From: Botryllus schlosseri
Taxonomy: Eukaryota
Assembly: GCA_051294905.1 (NCBI GenBank)
Contig: CM119383.1
Location: 9,362,001-9,426,000, forward strand
Length of the DNA: 64,000 nt
Reading direction: 5' to 3'
The translations under genes and the position numbers were made by a program. Shown here piece after piece: positions 12,305 to 22,632 of this stretch (positions within the stretch are counted from its first letter, which is position 1; each line of letters opens with the position of its first letter). Under the pieces are notes generated by a model. That model worked only from the letters and a program-made list of their open reading frames with translations. It ran no database searches and was not told where the DNA came from.

Positions 12305-14197
12305 ATGTCTGTATTTAACGACGGCAATGTACTCGACGACATGAACGACGCTCTCGCTATGATGAAATATCAGAAGCAATGCGAGAGCCCCATCGTCAGA
12401 AGAATTATGAAGAATTTTTCCAACCCTAAACTATTCCAAGAGAGCATCGGCGTTGAATTTCGGAGAAGCAAACGCGATCTCGGCACGGCGGCTTGGGACG
12501 TGCTTTCGGCTTTCATGGCGTATTTGAAAGGAAATCACATCACCAAAAATCTAGTCGCATACGGAGAATGCATATGTGAGCTAGTCAAGTCCTCGTCGCC
12601 GAAGGAGGTGTATATCGGAGTTTTGGAACAGTACGATCCCGCCACTGATTTTCGTTACATTGAGATGTTGAATCCCGCTCTGAAATTGATAATAATGAAG
12701 TACGTCGAATCGGAACCGAACTCATGTGCAGTTTCGTTTGAGACGACCCTATCCACTATGCTGTGTTACTTTGAATCCTTTAACAAGCCGAATTTTGATA
12801 ACTTCGACCCGGAGCGTCCTCTCGATAAAGTCTACGAAAATCTGAAGTGTCTCAAATACACTGAACGAAGTCTGAACATTGTAAAACCAGCGGTAACGAC
12901 TTTGCTGGCGCGTTCAAATGAAATACGAAAATTGGAACGTTTTAAATCATTCTGTCTGCAATACTCTTGTCATTTGACGATGATGCTGCTCCGCTTGGAC
13001 ACTGATGTCGCCGCGGTGAAAGATGTATCGGAAAATGACGAGAACGCAATTGAAAATGCTCCTACTCATTTTGTTGTACACGAGCTGATTGACTTGGCGT
13101 TGCAGCTATATTCGATGCAATTTCTCTTTTCTACAACCGATTGGGTGTCTTTACACCCTCCTGATTCTTTTGTGTCACCGGAATCACTTCCAGAGATAGG
13201 ACGGCAGATATTTCACGGCAAGGCCAGCTTCTTGTACTTTGTTTTGTGCAGGGGGATACGGTACGACCAGTTCCCCAAGGTTTACTCCCCGTTCGGGCTT
13301 TGGTGCAAGTCGATCTACCCGATAAATGCCTTGCTGATGTGGGAAAGCCCGATTGTCCTTTGGAAAGGTTTGGAGTTGCTCTCAACAATAGTTGATCGCA
13401 CTGTGAAGTCTAGTATTAACTGTGAAGAACTGTTGTATCAGATTTCTTTGGATTACCGCGTGAAAGGATTTGTGGCGAAGCCGAAATCAGCGGTACGGAC
13501 ATTATTGAAGGAACTCGGTGACATTGCCTTGAAATGTAATGTTATAGCTATCTGCAGGAAAGCTTGTTATTTGCTTACAAGAGTTATCGATCTCTTCACA
13601 TGGAGGGACAAAATATTGCTTCTTACCTTTGTATTTAAAAGTTTTATTGACTGCAGAGTGGAAGGATTCGTAATTGGCTTCTTGAAGGATAAATTGGATG
13701 AGGTTTTGCGCGATGATGCCGCTCCAGGTAGCGACGTATTTTGTCATCAAAGAAGGATGAAAATGGTCGGGGGATTGATTTTTCACCTGCCTGATGGAAC
13801 AGACACCGATCTGCTAGGAGAAAGTGATAAAATAATGCAGGCGCTTAATCTCCTGCGATTTCTGCTCTTGCGCGACAAGGCCAATCGTACCGGGCTTTTT
13901 GACAACTTGTCTCTGATTCAAACAAATTATGTCCAAGCTATTCGGTTCAACGTCGAAGTCACGCGGCAGCATTTCGAAAGCGAGTTGCTGGCGAATTATG
14001 AAAAAAGGAAGCAACTCTCCCCCGCGAAGTCTGACATTGTGATAAACAGCCACAAACTGAACGACTTCAGTCACGAAGATCGAGCTAAGACACTGCAAGC
14101 CGCCATCCACACTTTGAGTATGATGGAAGTCGTCACGGTCAGAGTGGACGAACTAATTGACGAGATGGCCAAGAAGAACTCTGCTACTCGGTACTGA
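12305..14197 (+). CDS. GLMN: glomulin (FKBP-associated protein, RBX1 inhibitor), single-exon CDS, 630 aa
   Basis: Uninterrupted ORF with the first ATG at 12305; the track start at 12290 is non-ATG. Motifs SPKEVYIGVLEQ, WKGLELL and DKIMQALNLLRFLLLRDKANRTGL match recalled glomulin/YAP-Alf4 family. Confidence 0.88.
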   Translation: MSVFNDGNVLDDMNDALAMMKYQKQCESPIVRRIMKNFSNPKLFQESIGVEFRRSKRDLGTAAWDVLSAFMAYLKGNHITKNLVAYGECICELVKSSSPKEVYIGVLEQYDPATDFRYIEMLNPALKLIIMKYVESEPNSCAVSFETTLSTMLCYFESFNKPNFDNFDPERPLDKVYENLKCLKYTERSLNIVKPAVTTLLARSNEIRKLERFKSFCLQYSCHLTMMLLRLDTDVAAVKDVSENDENAIENAPTHFVVHELIDLALQLYSMQFLFSTTDWVSLHPPDSFVSPESLPEIGRQIFHGKASFLYFVLCRGIRYDQFPKVYSPFGLWCKSIYPINALLMWESPIVLWKGLELLSTIVDRTVKSSINCEELLYQISLDYRVKGFVAKPKSAVRTLLKELGDIALKCNVIAICRKACYLLTRVIDLFTWRDKILLLTFVFKSFIDCRVEGFVIGFLKDKLDEVLRDDAAPGSDVFCHQRRMKMVGGLIFHLPDGTDTDLLGESDKIMQALNLLRFLLLRDKANRTGLFDNLSLIQTNYVQAIRFNVEVTRQHFESELLANYEKRKQLSPAKSDIVINSHKLNDFSHEDRAKTLQAAIHTLSMMEVVTVRVDELIDEMAKKNSATRY

Positions 14198-14329
14198 AAT
14201 TATTGTGAATGATTACAAGAAAATGCATTTTATCTAGCTCTGCATTACGCATTTCATATCACTTGTGAATAAGCTTGCCATTTATGTAGTACGACCTATT
14301 AATTTTTCGTTGCATTGCACACAATAACA

Positions 14330-14337
14330 TGACGTCA
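14330..14337. promoter_or_regulatory. CRE/ATF palindrome TGACGTCA upstream of NBAS
   Basis: Exact octamer ~115 nt upstream of the NBAS ATG; function untested. Confidence 0.35.
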
Positions 14338-14350
14338 CCGTTAAGTTCAT

Positions 14351-14396
14351 GTGAGTTTCCGATTCTTCTTCATTCACTGTTCTGCTTTCCCTCTAG
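14351..14396 (+). other. candidate 46-nt 5'UTR intron or trans-splice acceptor of NBAS
   Basis: GTGAGT donor at 14351, long pyrimidine tract, and CTCTAG acceptor ending at 14396. Confidence 0.55.
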
Positions 14397-14451
14397 ATAA
14401 GAGTTTATATAAATTTTTTCTTAAAAATAGACTATTGTATACAAATATGTT

Positions 14452-17400
14452 ATGGATGAAGAAGTATTATTATTGAATGCCAATCAAGAAGTATCGAACA
14501 ACGATGACGGTATTCTGTACGATGTTTCGTACCACGTTGAGTTCGCCGAGGAAAAGGAGGTGGTCAGATCTTCGCCAACAGAAGAGCAATCGTCTGGTCT
14601 ATTGTACGGCGCCGCGAAGTCCTTGAAATCTTCGGTATCGCGATGGACTTGGTCGACGATAAGAGCTGTCGGCATTCCGGTGAGAACGGGCGCCCCCTGT
14701 TTGTTACCACCCGATCTAATCAAATTAATCAGCAGCAGACATTCGTGGACAATGTCTAGATCTCCCGATGGCAATTTTTTGGCTATCCTTCAAGACGGGT
14801 GTTTGGAGATTCGTACTTCTAAGGACGAATACAACGCCGTGATCGGCAGATGCGTGTTTTCGAAGGACCCCAATCCGCAATGGAGGGCTGTGTCTTGGAA
14901 TAGGGAATCGAAGGCTGTTGCTTTTTCCGAAAGTGACGGTACGGTTCATTTGTGCGATATTAAAGGTGTCGTTCTCATGTCGTTTCAAGGTCATCTGACT
15001 GAAGACAAGGATTATTTTGATTATAGCGCCGCCGTGTGTGCTCTGTGTTTTCTCAATACCGACCCGTTCAAGTGTGATGCGAAAAGCTCACTGCTTGTAA
15101 TAGTTTCGTTTAGCGGCGCGGCGACTTTCTTGGAAATCAACGATAGTTTCGTCGGACGTAGCAAGGTGCTGTTTAATTTTGATTTCTCCCAAACTCTGTC
15201 CAAAGGTGTGTGTGCTGTATCCTACGACGATACACACGAGATATTAATTGTCGGAGGGTGTACTGGGTATAACAGGGATGACGTTCATGTGCCGAAGGCT
15301 ACTAAGTATGGAATCACTGCGTGGAGAATTGTTACCGATGAGCCTTATTTGAAATCGATTGATGTGTTTATCGACTCGGGGGATGGACGCGGCAAGCTGA
15401 ATCTTCTGAGAAGGCTCTCAACCGTTCCTGCTGACCTCGGCAAAAAATGGCGAGGCGGCGATATCGACGGCGTGTTTACGATGACCGTGTCTCCGTGCCA
15501 TCGATTTTTAGTGGCGATACATTTGAGCGGGGATCTCTCGATTTGGGAGATTCCGTCTCTGCGGCAAAAGCATGTGTGGAAAAGCGAGACGCAGCCATTT
15601 TACGGCGAGATTCCATGCGAGGATTCCGGTGGTTTGGCGTCTTCGAAAAAATCAAAGAAATCCGCCCACTTTCAAAATCTTATCGACTGCGAATGGTGGG
15701 ATGACTCGTCCGTGATAGTGGTTCGCTGCTCTGGATCATTAGCTGTGGTGTCTGTTCTCGGGGATAGGCTTGAAAGTCTCTTTGGAGATAGTTGCGAGTG
15801 GCTTGAACCCTCGCCTGAAATTTCATTTTGCCGGGACGAAGGGTTTCTTGCTTTGGAATGCGAGACAAAAGTAAAATCTTTGAAAAGGCAGAGAGAACCT
15901 TCGAACGATGAGAGTTCAATCGCAGACGAATTGCCTAGTTTAGAAGACAGCGACGATGACGCAGGGTTCGGAGCCGTGCAACATCTTAAAAACAATGCCA
16001 AGTCCGCAATATACCAATGGACCGACATCGATTACTTCAAGCCTCCGAGGAAAAGGCCGAAGCTTGTCATGAAAAGTTACAGGCTTCTCAGCGTGACGAA
16101 AACAACACCGGAAAAACTGTTTGAAAAGCGTCTGGAGGACGAAGAATATGGAGAAGCATTAGCGCTGGCGAGAAAGTATAATTTGGACGGCGACAAAGTG
16201 TTTCAGAGGCAATGGAAAAAGTCGAACGTGTCCGTAGCTTCCATTCAGGACTATCTCAGCAAGATTTCGAAACGTTCGTGGGTGATGCACGAGTGTTGCG
16301 ACAGGGTGCCTGACGATTTAGATGCCGCGAAAGAACTTCTTAAGTTCGCGCTTACCATCACTGACGTAGACCAGCTGGCAAAGATTTCAATCAAAGATAC
16401 AGACTCGGATGACAGCACGGATTCCGACTTCGAAGAATATCAAGGCTTCGACGTGGAAGAGCAAAAGAACCAGCAAATTCGACAGCGGCGGAAATTCGTC
16501 GACAAATGGTTGAAATTCGTTGACTTTTCCGACTTGAGCTTGGATCAGAAAGAAATGATCAGGGCCAGGAGAAGGATTATCAAATATTCGGATCGCTTGT
16601 CGACTTACGAAAACCTGTTGGGTGGTTACGACGCTGCCCGCGAACGCTACAATAAAGACAAGTTTGCGGATTTTAGACAGAAGGATATGTTTGTTGCGGC
16701 ACTGGAGCACGCCCGTAATGGAAATTGGAAGGCGTTGGACATTCTATTTACATATCACGGTGACGATCTTCGAGAACACAGGTTGGCGTTATTGTGTAAC
16801 ATTCCAAAAACGATTTCACCGTCCGAATACCGATGCTTGTTGCCTCAAATTGGTGAGAACGGCTCTGTTGAACAGCTTGTAGAAATGAAACACAGGGACG
16901 TGGAGGATTGGTGCGAACAAGACAAGTATTCCGCCATGTTAACGTCACTTACTAATCCGACAAACCCTACCCTTGAGTTCTACGAGGAATATCCGTCCTT
17001 GTCCCAATTCAAAACGAAACATCCGACCGATCGCTTAGTGTCAGAGTGGTATCTGCAGCAAGCTAGAGACTTTGATGCGGATGCTCTAGATATCGATGGT
17101 GCGCTCAAGCTGCTTGAAATCGGTGCCGCGTACGGCGTTCCGGGATTGGATAGTCTCACCAATGATCTGAAAACGCTCGAGACCTTAGTGTACGAATGTA
17201 AATACGGTACGGTGTTGACGTTGAAGGATCTGCAGAAGGAAAGCAAGCTGCAAAGGTTGAAGATGTTGATGGAGACGTCGTCAAGGGAGATGTATGTCAA
17301 AAACTTTCACAGGTGGGCGTTACCTTTTCTTAAAACCTGCAATAAAGACGATCAACCCATGATATTTCGGGATTACGTGATGGAGCTTGCGGAAAACGAT

Positions 17401-20400
17401 TTGACATTGCCGTCTTTGATTTTCGCCAGTTTTCTGAGAGACCGCTCCATGCCGGAAGCGGTGTCCTCTCTTGAAAATCTCGCAAAATTAGCGTTCGAGT
17501 GCATTTACGCCAACTCGAATCCCGACCAGCTTGAAATCGTCAAAAACGTCCAGCTGTCTTTGAGCGGTTTGGAAAAAACGATTTTAAAAAGTGTCGGCAT
17601 CGATGAAGTTGCTAAATTAGATGATCGTGTGTTTGCGTGTTCTCTACTGGCAGGTGATGGCGTTCGCGTGACTCCAGATCACATTCGCGAGATCGAATCC
17701 GACCGGACCAAAGTCGAAAAGCTACTGGTACGTTTTAGCCGCACTGTCGGCGCCCGCGAGCCTGGTCTGAACAAAAGCGAGTGGAATGCCTTCTTGAAAA
17801 GCATGCTGCGACTTCGAGACAAGATATTCTCGAAAACTTGCGGGTTGGAAACCGCGGTGTGCATATCGGTTTTTGTGGAGAGCCTTCTCACGTCCGGCGA
17901 CGCGAAAAACTTCCAAATAGCCGGGGAGCACATGATGCGAACTTCAGACGAGGAACGGCAAACTGCGAGACAGCGGCTGTACGGGTCGTCGCAACAAAAA
18001 TTGTCATACGAAAGCTCAGTGGCGCTAGTAATAAAATCGTCGCAGGAGTATTTCGATGCGTCGACCCCGACTTCTAACGATAACATGTTAGGCCTAGCGA
18101 GAGAATGCCTGCTGCTTATCTCGGACAGGCCGGAATCTGTCCGTGAAAGGCTGGATTTAATCGAAGGCGTCGTGCTTTTACAAAAATTTGGTGTCGACAA
18201 GTTACCGTTGCAGGTGAGACTTACAGAGGACAGGATTGCTCTAATACGTATGGCTCTCGACGTTGATAAAGATGCGTATAAGAAAACCGAGGTGTTGCTG
18301 AGACTCGCGATGCTGCTGCATGTCAGCGGCGACAACAAAACAGACAGAAAAGGCAAAGTTTTGATCATGATCGCAGAGAGAGCGTTGGAAATAGGTGACT
18401 TCGAATATGGATACTGTCTCTGTCAAGAGCTGGTATGTATGCCGTTTCCGTCAGCGTGGAGGGTTTGTTTAGAGTTGGCGAAGACTGATGATTTCGAAAA
18501 TCTCGTGGGGAGAAGAGACGTTTTATCGTTTGTGGCTTGTCATTGCGACAAGGCGAATTTGCCGGAGGTACTGGAGCTGCTTTGCGATCTGAAATGCGCG
18601 ATACTGCGCACTCTTATAGCGCCGGCGAAAAAATCGGAAGAAAATCTTGTGACTGATAACGCTGAAGTTTCTGACTCCGATCGTACTGAAGTAGCATCGA
18701 CCAACGAATTGGTGTCGGGAAGGGACGCTTTAGATAAACTGGTGCACAAATCGGCCGATTTTCTCTCTCCTGTGAATATGTTGAAAAGTACAGCCAAAGG
18801 TACAAAAGCGATGCTGAACGCTACAGGGAATGTGCTTTCAGCCACTGGAACGGTGTTATCAGCGACGTCTAACACGACAAAGGCAGTGCTCTCCAACGTG
18901 AAAAACGTAGAGTGGTGGAGGTCTACCATCGACAAAACCTTGTCTTCGATACCTATTCCTGATTTGGACATGCAGGTCGGTGATGATGCTGAAATGGGTA
19001 CTCCTAATTCTGATTTAACATTCCATGGGTGTCCAGAATTTTATTCCGGTATTTTTGACGGCAGCGTGAGCAAGTGCGGGCTTATGATTTCCGACGAAAC
19101 GTTTTATTCTCCCAAAAATCTCTCACACAATCAAACGCTCTTGCGCATCAAGAAACTGTCTTCCGACGGTGATGATATGGCTTTGAACGAAAGTGGTATT
19201 CTCGAAAATCTGGTCATCGAAAGTTTACCGTACGATTTTGCCCTTGGGTTGAGTTACGCTCTATCAATTGCGGATATAACCAAAGCTTATAATTCTCTTA
19301 AAAAATTGCCAGTAAGTGCTCTTTCGTTGCAACTGTCTCTGTATTATTTCGCGCTGCGCCTCGCTGAAGCGATTGGAATGGATAGCGACGATTGTTCGAA
19401 GGTGTACGATCTGCCGCCTGTTGACCTCATCAAACGAGCATTGGTTTGGATATCGTCGAATAATTTAGATCAAGGTTCTTGTGAGCACAAGCTCGCAACA
19501 TACATGAATGAGGTTCAAGAGCAGATGTTTGAATTTGCGCAAGCTGAGAAACTGCAAGATCTGGATAAAGGGATTGATTTGAGTCGGTTCACCTCTGATA
19601 GCGAATATCGCGAAGAGACAATACTCGGGTTAGCTATGACCACCGATGACGAGCAATACAAGATTGCAGTTTGCTCGGCTCATAAGTCAGGCACCGATCT
19701 GTGGCTGGTTCTAATGACCCATCTCGAGTTTTTATTCACCGAATGTCAAGATCTGCTTACCAGCGACAAGCTACAGCAAAGGATTGAACATCTTAACATG
19801 ATGCCGGAACTAAGCAAGAGGAAGGCGGAATTCTACAAAAAGATGGACACATGCATTTTCCCTTTCATTGATGGTAAAGACCACGACCGTTTATTGTTAT
19901 TCTTTTCGCTGTTGAATGCGTGCAATGACAACGGAACTTACGTCCCTGAAAATGGGCTGTGTAAGTTATCGCCTGCCAACCATTCGAAAGTCCTGAAGAA
20001 ATTGAAAGCGATGACTCCGAATTTAGATTACAAGGCCTTGTTTGCGGACGGAACAGCGTCTTCGACAGATACGAAATGCAGAGTGATGGATATCTTATTG
20101 CCATTCCTGGACACTACCAACGTGCAAATGTTCGCGAAAATGATGCCACAAATCCCGTATTCAAATTGCAAGATCAGCTCGAGCTCAGTCTACCTCGAGA
20201 CTTGCAAGAAAATAATGGGAGAAGATAAGCAGGCCGCGCCCGAAGACAGCGAGAAGCTACTCAAACTCAACTGGACGCATAGGTATGAGTCGTGTGCGGC
20301 TTATTTGAGAATGTGCTGTCCCGCGGACCTGCTGTCGTTCTTTGAATTTGTGCTTTTCAATTCGAAAGCGTCGACGAACATACCTCTGGGATCGAGACAG

Positions 20401-21744
20401 GATATACTGAAGCGCGGAGTTAAATTGTGTAAAATTCAAGCTACTAAAGAAAAGAAAAATCAACTTGACGAAAGTATATCTGGCGGCGGCGAAAATTTTG
20501 CAACCGTGTTGCCGTCGTTTGTCCGAATGTCGAAACACTTGGACAGCTTCTCCACGTCATTTGTGTCGAACTTGATGAAATTGTCAGAACATGACGACAG
20601 AATGAGAAAGTATTTGCATCTGTACGACGAATCGCAGTCAAAATCTGAACCTATATTAGATCTCGCGGCTTCAATGTTAGAAGACGGAACATCGCCTGAA
20701 TTTATTCAAAGTCTCTTCGCTGTCGTACCAGGGAATAAATGGAAGTGCAGGGACGCGTTAAGGAAGAGCATTGATAACATCGTCAACCGAGGTAGTGGCA
20801 GTGTCGTCGACAAACTAACTGTGGTAGCGAAATCTGTCGGCGACCATGAGAAGGAAGGCGGAAAGATACTGAATTCGGCTGATGTTATCGGGCTGCTACG
20901 GCCGTTTTGTTCGGATACATCAATCGAATCCAAACTACGGGTTGACGTCTTGAAGTTACTGGAAGATCAATTTCAACTGGATGATTCCGAGGCTAGGTTA
21001 CTGCTACTGCATAGAACGGAAGCCATCGTCAAAGATTCGTGGAGTGAGGAATGTTGGAAACAACTTCTACAGACCATTGGTGACGCTGAGATTTCACAAG
21101 AACAAACGCGAAATGATGTTTTCAGGAAGTTGTTGGACTTCGGTGAGCTGAACGCGGGCAGGTGCAAGAGCCTCGTTGATTTGCTAGAAATTTGGCCAGA
21201 ATTTGAAGCCGAAACGCGCAAAAATCAATGCTGGCAAAGTGTGTTGATGGCAATGGCTGAGAGTGGTACAGAAGGACAAAAGGAGTTGATTAAGGTTTCC
21301 AGGAATCGTCTTGGTACATTCCCGAAATCGCTGACAACGGATGTCTTCCGTAAGCTAGTCGAAGCAAAGGCGGCGTTCTTTGCGATAAAATTCGGCTTAC
21401 TGGCTGATCTACCTGAATTGCAGGATGAAATCGTAACCGCGATAAAGAGCGTTCAGACGATGGGACCAAGTCAATGCGATGAAGAGATATTGGATTTGAT
21501 GTTACAAAAATCAATCGCCGTTCACACTATAGGCACTTTATATTACGCTAAGATTTCTGAATATCTCGTTTCCAGCGAAAGCCCCGATACCGAACGCTAC
21601 GTCCATCAGCTCGCCAGGCAATTGCAGGACCTCGGGCATTTACCTGAAGCTGGCACTCTTCTGTTGAATTATCGCGGTACGCACCCGGCGTTTAGGACCT
21701 TTAACAATGCGTTGTCGTCTTTGAAGAGATGGTTGAATTCGTAA
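14452..21744 (+). CDS. NBAS: neuroblastoma-amplified sequence (NBAS/Sec39 subunit of NRZ complex), single-exon CDS, 2430 aa
   Basis: Uninterrupted 7293-nt ORF. It has an N-terminal propeller (LEIRTSKDEYNAVIG, DPNPQWRAVSW), the conserved PPRKRPK...TTPEKLF...EEYGEALALA...VFQRQWKKS...SIQDYLSKISKRSWVMHECCDRVP block, and a C-terminal EAGTLLLNYRGTHPAFRTFNNAL. Confidence 0.96.
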   Translation: MDEEVLLLNANQEVSNNDDGILYDVSYHVEFAEEKEVVRSSPTEEQSSGLLYGAAKSLKSSVSRWTWSTIRAVGIPVRTGAPCLLPPDLIKLISSRHSWTMSRSPDGNFLAILQDGCLEIRTSKDEYNAVIGRCVFSKDPNPQWRAVSWNRESKAVAFSESDGTVHLCDIKGVVLMSFQGHLTEDKDYFDYSAAVCALCFLNTDPFKCDAKSSLLVIVSFSGAATFLEINDSFVGRSKVLFNFDFSQTLSKGVCAVSYDDTHEILIVGGCTGYNRDDVHVPKATKYGITAWRIVTDEPYLKSIDVFIDSGDGRGKLNLLRRLSTVPADLGKKWRGGDIDGVFTMTVSPCHRFLVAIHLSGDLSIWEIPSLRQKHVWKSETQPFYGEIPCEDSGGLASSKKSKKSAHFQNLIDCEWWDDSSVIVVRCSGSLAVVSVLGDRLESLFGDSCEWLEPSPEISFCRDEGFLALECETKVKSLKRQREPSNDESSIADELPSLEDSDDDAGFGAVQHLKNNAKSAIYQWTDIDYFKPPRKRPKLVMKSYRLLSVTKTTPEKLFEKRLEDEEYGEALALARKYNLDGDKVFQRQWKKSNVSVASIQDYLSKISKRSWVMHECCDRVPDDLDAAKELLKFALTITDVDQLAKISIKDTDSDDSTDSDFEEYQGFDVEEQKNQQIRQRRKFVDKWLKFVDFSDLSLDQKEMIRARRRIIKYSDRLSTYENLLGGYDAARERYNKDKFADFRQKDMFVAALEHARNGNWKALDILFTYHGDDLREHRLALLCNIPKTISPSEYRCLLPQIGENGSVEQLVEMKHRDVEDWCEQDKYSAMLTSLTNPTNPTLEFYEEYPSLSQFKTKHPTDRLVSEWYLQQARDFDADALDIDGALKLLEIGAAYGVPGLDSLTNDLKTLETLVYECKYGTVLTLKDLQKESKLQRLKMLMETSSREMYVKNFHRWALPFLKTCNKDDQPMIFRDYVMELAENDLTLPSLIFASFLRDRSMPEAVSSLENLAKLAFECIYANSNPDQLEIVKNVQLSLSGLEKTILKSVGIDEVAKLDDRVFACSLLAGDGVRVTPDHIREIESDRTKVEKLLVRFSRTVGAREPGLNKSEWNAFLKSMLRLRDKIFSKTCGLETAVCISVFVESLLTSGDAKNFQIAGEHMMRTSDEERQTARQRLYGSSQQKLSYESSVALVIKSSQEYFDASTPTSNDNMLGLARECLLLISDRPESVRERLDLIEGVVLLQKFGVDKLPLQVRLTEDRIALIRMALDVDKDAYKKTEVLLRLAMLLHVSGDNKTDRKGKVLIMIAERALEIGDFEYGYCLCQELVCMPFPSAWRVCLELAKTDDFENLVGRRDVLSFVACHCDKANLPEVLELLCDLKCAILRTLIAPAKKSEENLVTDNAEVSDSDRTEVASTNELVSGRDALDKLVHKSADFLSPVNMLKSTAKGTKAMLNATGNVLSATGTVLSATSNTTKAVLSNVKNVEWWRSTIDKTLSSIPIPDLDMQVGDDAEMGTPNSDLTFHGCPEFYSGIFDGSVSKCGLMISDETFYSPKNLSHNQTLLRIKKLSSDGDDMALNESGILENLVIESLPYDFALGLSYALSIADITKAYNSLKKLPVSALSLQLSLYYFALRLAEAIGMDSDDCSKVYDLPPVDLIKRALVWISSNNLDQGSCEHKLATYMNEVQEQMFEFAQAEKLQDLDKGIDLSRFTSDSEYREETILGLAMTTDDEQYKIAVCSAHKSGTDLWLVLMTHLEFLFTECQDLLTSDKLQQRIEHLNMMPELSKRKAEFYKKMDTCIFPFIDGKDHDRLLLFFSLLNACNDNGTYVPENGLCKLSPANHSKVLKKLKAMTPNLDYKALFADGTASSTDTKCRVMDILLPFLDTTNVQMFAKMMPQIPYSNCKISSSSVYLETCKKIMGEDKQAAPEDSEKLLKLNWTHRYESCAAYLRMCCPADLLSFFEFVLFNSKASTNIPLGSRQDILKRGVKLCKIQATKEKKNQLDESISGGGENFATVLPSFVRMSKHLDSFSTSFVSNLMKLSEHDDRMRKYLHLYDESQSKSEPILDLAASMLEDGTSPEFIQSLFAVVPGNKWKCRDALRKSIDNIVNRGSGSVVDKLTVVAKSVGDHEKEGGKILNSADVIGLLRPFCSDTSIESKLRVDVLKLLEDQFQLDDSEARLLLLHRTEAIVKDSWSEECWKQLLQTIGDAEISQEQTRNDVFRKLLDFGELNAGRCKSLVDLLEIWPEFEAETRKNQCWQSVLMAMAESGTEGQKELIKVSRNRLGTFPKSLTTDVFRKLVEAKAAFFAIKFGLLADLPELQDEIVTAIKSVQTMGPSQCDEEILDLMLQKSIAVHTIGTLYYAKISEYLVSSESPDTERYVHQLARQLQDLGHLPEAGTLLLNYRGTHPAFRTFNNALSSLKRWLNS

Positions 21745-22632
21745 ATGCTGCGGATGAAGTTCCATGAGTGGTTTTATAGTAACTGTCATTAAATATAGTA
21801 TAGGTGTAAAAAAAGTTTGGTAGCTGAACGGTGTTATTTTGTCTGAATCGGGAATTCGGCCTATTCCTTTTAATGTGCAATTAAAAACCGTTTGGCAACT
21901 GATTTTGTGGTCTATGCCTGTTGTGAAAGAGGTTCTCGATGTAGACGAGTGCAGTGGTCAAGCTGACGTACTGCAGGCGAATAGACTGGTAACGGAATTT
22001 TTCATTTCATGAGAATATGAATATTTATTTTGGTGGATATCTGTAACTGGAGGCTGTGGAGGTGCAACATCCCCGGAAATTTCTACCAATAAGGGACTAC
22101 TTGTATTATTGAGTTCAAACGTTATTCGAGTGTCGTTTCCACTATGCTTAAGTTGCTAGAAATATCAAAGATACCACGCGTATTACATTTGCTCCAGTTA
22201 GGCAGATAAGCTATACGGATGCCGACGACACGGCTCTTTTCGTGCGGCAGGGCGAATACCCGAGCACGAAGATATGCAATGCAGGCGAAATAGGCCTACA
22301 TCAGAGTAATCTGACCAATCAACGTTTGTATATATAGATGCCGCCCTATCTAACTTATCTTACCTCAAGAAGTGAACGGTGGTCTGCAACTGTGTAAATC
22401 CTGCAACTGCATTCACATGGGTAAGACGTTATATTATTACGGTCCTTGAAGAAGTCATTTCTAATTCAAATAGATCTAGTTAGATGGCGATAACCACCAA
22501 ATACAGTACATGCATTCCCATTACTCAATGCCTGGCTATATGTTAAATGAATTATGAGTTATTGATTGATGAGATCCAATACTCCCATCGGATCGCGGCG
22601 TAAAAACTTCCCGCCCGGATTTCTGATTCATA

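Noticed and set aside
17679-18368. 229-aa antisense ORF within NBAS, and other antisense or alternate-frame ORFs in GLMN and NBAS
   Set aside because: Shadow ORFs expected opposite long coding sequence; no recognisable domain or splice context.
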